Origin: Eledone cirrhosa
Lineage: Eukaryota
Direction: 5' to 3'
Assembly (NCBI GenBank): GCA_964016885.1
Contig: OZ024755.1
Span: forward strand, 43,524,001-43,588,000
Length of the DNA stretch: 64,000 bases
Shown: one piece after another, positions 59,850 through 64,000 of the stretch
Numbering within the stretch: the first letter of the stretch is position 1
Layout: each line of letters opens with the position of its first letter
Made by a program: the position numbers and the translations under genes
The notes under the pieces: generated by a model
What the model saw: the letters and a program-made list of their open reading frames with translations, nothing else
Told to the model about the DNA's origin: nothing
Databases searched by the model: none

Positions 59850-60045
59850 ATGTCTAGGGCGGGTAAAATTCCCGAGATCCATGTACTGGTTCTCTCCAGT
59901 GGTCTCTGTCCCTCATTATCGCTGCCATGTCCTGCGTTTCCAAGAGACCAGTGTCTGTCCTTAGAGCATCAACATATGTTAACCTTTGTCTTCCTCTTCC
60001 AGTGTGTCCATGCAGGGGCTCCCACAGGAGCACTAAGTGCAGTGT
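59850..60045 (-). pseudogene. RTE-group LINE C-terminal fragment (different family)
   Basis: VLLWEPLHGHTGRGRQRLTYVDAL...MRDRDHWRE. Confidence 0.7.
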
Positions 60046-60047
60046 CA

Positions 60048-60865
60048 ATCATCATCATCATTTTACGTCCGCTTTTCCCTGCTTGCAAGGGTGGGACGGG
60101 TCTTATTCAGCACAGCATCTCTCCACTCGTCACGGTCCCTCGTCATCTCCACCGTGAGCTTCAATGATCTGAGGTCTGTTCTCACCACCTCCGCCCATGT
60201 TTTTTGTGGTCTACCTCTACCACGTCTTCCTTCAACTGGCAATTCTTGGCACTTCTTCACCCATCGGTCATCCTCCATGTGCATCACATGTCCATACCAC
60301 CTCAGTCTCCTCTCCCGTACACTACATTCTATCCCTCTCAGACACAGTTTCTCTCTCAACACATTTATGCTGGGTCGTTCACGCACATTTACACTGCACA
60401 TCCAACAAAGCATGCTTGCCTCATTTCTCTCCAGCCGTTGCATATCCTCTGCAGTTGCTGCCCATGTCTCACTACCATGCAGCATCGCGCTCCTCACACA
60501 GGCATCATACAACCTGCCTTTCGTACGCAGGGAGAAACCCTTCTTCGTCAACAGAGGAAGCAGCTCCCTAAACTTCTTCCAACCCGTCCTTATTCTAGAT
60601 ACTATGGCCTCGGAACACCCTCCTCCCATGCTAATCTGATCTCCTAGGTACCGGAAGCTATCCACCACTTCTATAGCGCCTTGCATTTGAAAAATGTGTC
60701 TATCAATGCGACTTCTACTGTCTAATTTCCCTGTACATCGACTGCATACATATTTCTCCCTACCTGTTAGTTTGCCTGCTATCCCGCTACATCTCTTGTG
60801 TACCCAGGATCTGCATTGTGTGCATTTTATAGAATTTATGCCAGTTCCTTTTCTGCATATCGAAC
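60048..60865 (-). mobile_element. RTE-clade LINE 3' fragment with ORF running to the (gat)n tail
   Basis: VVDSFRYLGD, LHGSETW, LRWYGHVMHM, GRGRPQKTW, ends PTLASREKRT*. Confidence 0.9.
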
Positions 60866-60874
60866 ATATATATA

Positions 60875-61450
60875 TATATTTAGTATAAGTTTTTTAAAAC
60901 CTAATAGAAAGTAGTAGAAATCTGAAGTACAAATGATGGTAAATAAAACAAAACAAAGCAATGTTTTACCCAGTGTATAATCCATGATATTTCAGAGTTA
61001 CTACCCCCTTTTCAGATGCTGAAACAATACAAGATAAAACAAACAAACGATTTCAGCTTTCTTCTGTAACTGATCCTACATGTTTGAAAAATGTATGCAC
61101 ATGTGAGGGGTTGCTATAGTAACCATTCCTCCTCATGTCTTTCTCGCCTATTATTTATTTCTGGCTTTAAACAGATAATTAAAATGGCTTCCTTAATTCT
61201 TATATTTCCTGTATTCCTTTCACTTGCTTCTCTGGTGACCTCAATGTCTTGGTTGCGGCATCTGTCAAGATGTTTTTAGACAGAAGAGGCTCTCATTGTC
61301 ACATGTTCCTTGATCCATATGTGTAATCTTCTTATGGTACTTCCAATGTATGAGGAGCTGCATGTTTTGCATGTGATCTTATAGACTACATATCACAGTT
61401 CTGCATTGTTGATGTTCTTCTTCGCCCACTTATTCCTGATATGGTCGTGA
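60875..61450 (-). mobile_element. Penelope-like 3' remnant (GIY-YIG + terminal region with mutated hammerhead at 60984-61018)
   Basis: Manual translation VVYKITCKTCSSSYIGSTIRRLHIWIKEH...IKEAILI..LKPEIN; cat CTGAAAA ggggg-tagtaac-tct GAAA ta TC atg. Confidence 0.72.
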
Positions 61451-61641
61451 GGGCAGAATCCTCAAACACTACTTTCAGCAGGTCCTGTCAGAAGCAACCA
61501 TCTCCAACTGATCCGCCTGGATCCCCTAGAGTAACCAGCCATGCCCAGGATGTTATCCAACCATCCTGCTTGGAGTCCATCCCTGATACATACATACATA
61601 CATACATACATACATACATACATACATACATACATACATAC

Positions 61642-62470
61642 ATGATGTGATAACTAGTGCAGACTCTGCAGAATTAACATCGAAGATGTTACCCATGTCA
61701 TCAGCAGCTGTCCAAAGATGTCATCGTGGTACTAGCTACCTATGAGGCATGTTGTAGTGGCCAAAACACTGTAATATGCAATCCGTAGAAAAGATAGCCC
61801 CGATAATAAACACATTAAAAGCCACAACAATGTGGAAGACATCCATGTACATAATATGAAAGAGTACTGGTGGAATGTTCCAGTAAAAACCCCAATAAAA
61901 TGCAGGCATAACAGACCAGATATAATGATATGGGACAGGGAGAAGAAAGCATGCACAGTAGTGGAAATTAGCTGCCCAGCAGATGCCAATATAATATCAA
62001 AGATTAGCAAAAAGGAGAATATTTATGCAGAACTAAAGAGAAATCTACAGATACTCGACCCTGATTACACCTTCAGATTTATGCCTGTGATTATTGGGGC
62101 ACTGGGATATATTAGTAACTGCCTCAATACAAATCTTGAGAAGCTAGGCTTCACAGAAACTGAAAGGACACAACTAGTTAGAAGTACAATCCATTAATGG
62201 AACAGTAAAAATATGTAAAACATTCCAAAATTTCTGCATCTAATAACTGCATATACACATGTACAGATACTAAGCATATACACATGCACACATACAACGC
62301 AAAACATGCACATCCACACATACAATAACATCCATATCTACACATGCATGCATACATATATATCTACCTAGTTGATGTTGTGTAAATTCCAATGAGAGAG
62401 TCTTGTCTATGTTAGAAACCGACTCTCTCTCTATTGGAAAAGATTTGTGAAATTATAAAACCAGAAGAAC
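61642..62470 (+). mobile_element. R4/NeSL-like REL retrotransposon 3' fragment
   Basis: CRLCRINIEDVTHVISSC, YWWN, NRPDIMIWDREKKACTVVEISCP, PVIIGALG; (TACA)n on both sides. Confidence 0.85.
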
Positions 62471-62650
62471 ATACATACATACATAGATACATACATACAT
62501 GCATACATACATACATATATACATACATACATACCTACATACATATATACATACATACATACATACATATATACATACATACCTACATACCTACATACAT
62601 ATATGATGGCTGCCCCCTCGTTATCGAGTATGGCCATTGCACGAGGAGAA

Positions 62651-62691
<41 letters not shown>

Positions 62692-62799
62692 TAAATAAAT
62701 AAAAAATAAAATAAAATAAAAAAAAAGAAATATATATATATATATATACACACATACATATACATATACATACACATATATACATATATACATTAATAA

Positions 62800-62800
62800 C

Positions 62801-62839
<39 letters not shown>

Positions 62840-62910
62840 TGTTTCTACTTTAGGCACAAGGCCAGCAATTACCCAGTGCATTACTGGTACTTTATTTTAT
62901 CGACCCCGTA
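62800..62910 (-). mobile_element. SINE family A 3' end with long (TAA)n tail
   Basis: Matches 1069-1162. Confidence 0.8.
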
Positions 62911-63073
62911 ATAATAATAATATTTTATAATATTTTATAATATTTTATTGACCCCGTAATAATAATAATAATAACAATAATAACGACAACAATAATAATA
63001 TACATTTACATATATATATACACACACACGCACACACATAAACATATCTATACACACGCACACACGATAGCAA

Positions 63074-64000
63074 CTAACAGCGCTGCGATCGAATGTGGCT
63101 TTTTAGCCCAGCCAATGATCTAAAATGTCTTGCACAGAGTCGGCAACCAAAACATTCACTGGGAATAGCCGGCTGTGGTTGGAGTTCATGTACTTTTGCA
63201 TGTCGCTTGAGCCCTCCTGCTGATTTACATTCTCTACCACATGTTTGGGAAGCATGATGAGTAGCATCTCCAACAGCAGCCTGGTAGTCAACCACTGGTC
63301 TTACTTTATGACTGCGAATATGACTTTCGAGTCCAGCTTTGCTTAGGCAGAGTCTCGCACAGATGCTGCATGTCAGCACCATAGGAGGACCCTCGCCGTC
63401 TGGAAGTGCAACAGCAATGCCCTTCCTCACATCCCGCTTTACTTTCTCGTATGCGATTCGAGATGCCTCAAAGGCAACTTTTCCCTCATATACAGTCTTT
63501 CTCCATTTATTACGATCAGCAGCAATATTTTTCCATGTATCAGCAGAGATGTTAGCGTCTTTCAAAGAGGCTTTCAAGGAATCGTTATACCTCTTTTTTG
63601 GTTTATGTGGCGGTCGTTTTCCTTTAACCAACTCTCCATAAAAGAGTTGTTTTGGTATTCTAGAATCCTTCATCCTGGCAAGGTGACCACTCTAACGGAG
63701 TCATTGCTTAAGCACAAGAGCTTCTATACTGTCACACATAGAGCTTTCCAAAATCTCGACATCACTGATGTGGTCCCTCCAGTGAACGCCATGGATCCAT
63801 CTGAGACACATCTGATGGAAACGCTCCAATTGCTTAAGGTGGTGTCGATATGTGACCCAGGTCTCGCAGGCATAAAGAAGACAAGAGAGCACACATGCCT
63901 TGTACACCTTTACCTTTGTCCTCCTGCATATGTCTCGCTGACCCCAGAGTCGCCTTTCTAGCTTTCCGAAAGCATCAATTGCTTTCCTAAGCCTAAGTGA
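63074..64000 (-). mobile_element. RTE/BovB-like LINE C-terminal region with C2H2 zinc fingers (runs off the window)
   Basis: YKACVLSCLLYACETW, RIPKQLFYGEL..GKRP..KPKKRYNDSLK, CSICARLCLSKAGLESHIRSH, CRLCARHFRSLAGLKSHIRS. Confidence 0.85.

Noticed and set aside
63074-63673. Host C2H2 zinc-finger gene
   Set aside because: The fingers follow RTE C-terminal motifs (RIPKQLFYGEL), so they belong to the LINE.

Overview
Repeat-dense eukaryotic DNA, most consistent with a cephalopod (Octopus-like) genome, judged from its tRNA-derived SINEs, RTE LINEs and very long TA microsatellites. The only convincing host gene is an intact alanine aminotransferase (GPT/ALT) whose whole CDS lies in one exon (40113-41570, -). 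The rest is mobile DNA: RTE, R4/Dong-like and CRE-like LINEs, a Penelope-like RT+GIY-YIG ORF (23482-25455), a Gypsy 3' remnant, piggyBac/pogo/hAT-type MITEs, two SINE families, minisatellites, and a 9-kb 47/48-bp satellite that appears to have grown out of an RTE 3' UTR. The most notable signal, invisible to the ORF track, is a set of hammerhead ribozyme (HHR) motifs. A near-identical 628/629-bp tandem array (28751-30432) carries one complete type I HHR per unit, with an inverted monomer nearby; this is a retrozyme-like candidate that could produce circular RNA, about 3 kb from the Penelope ORF. Several other HHRs of different sequence sit in Penelope-type termini and a foldback palindrome. 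All calls were made by eye; element boundaries are approximate and family names need database confirmation.
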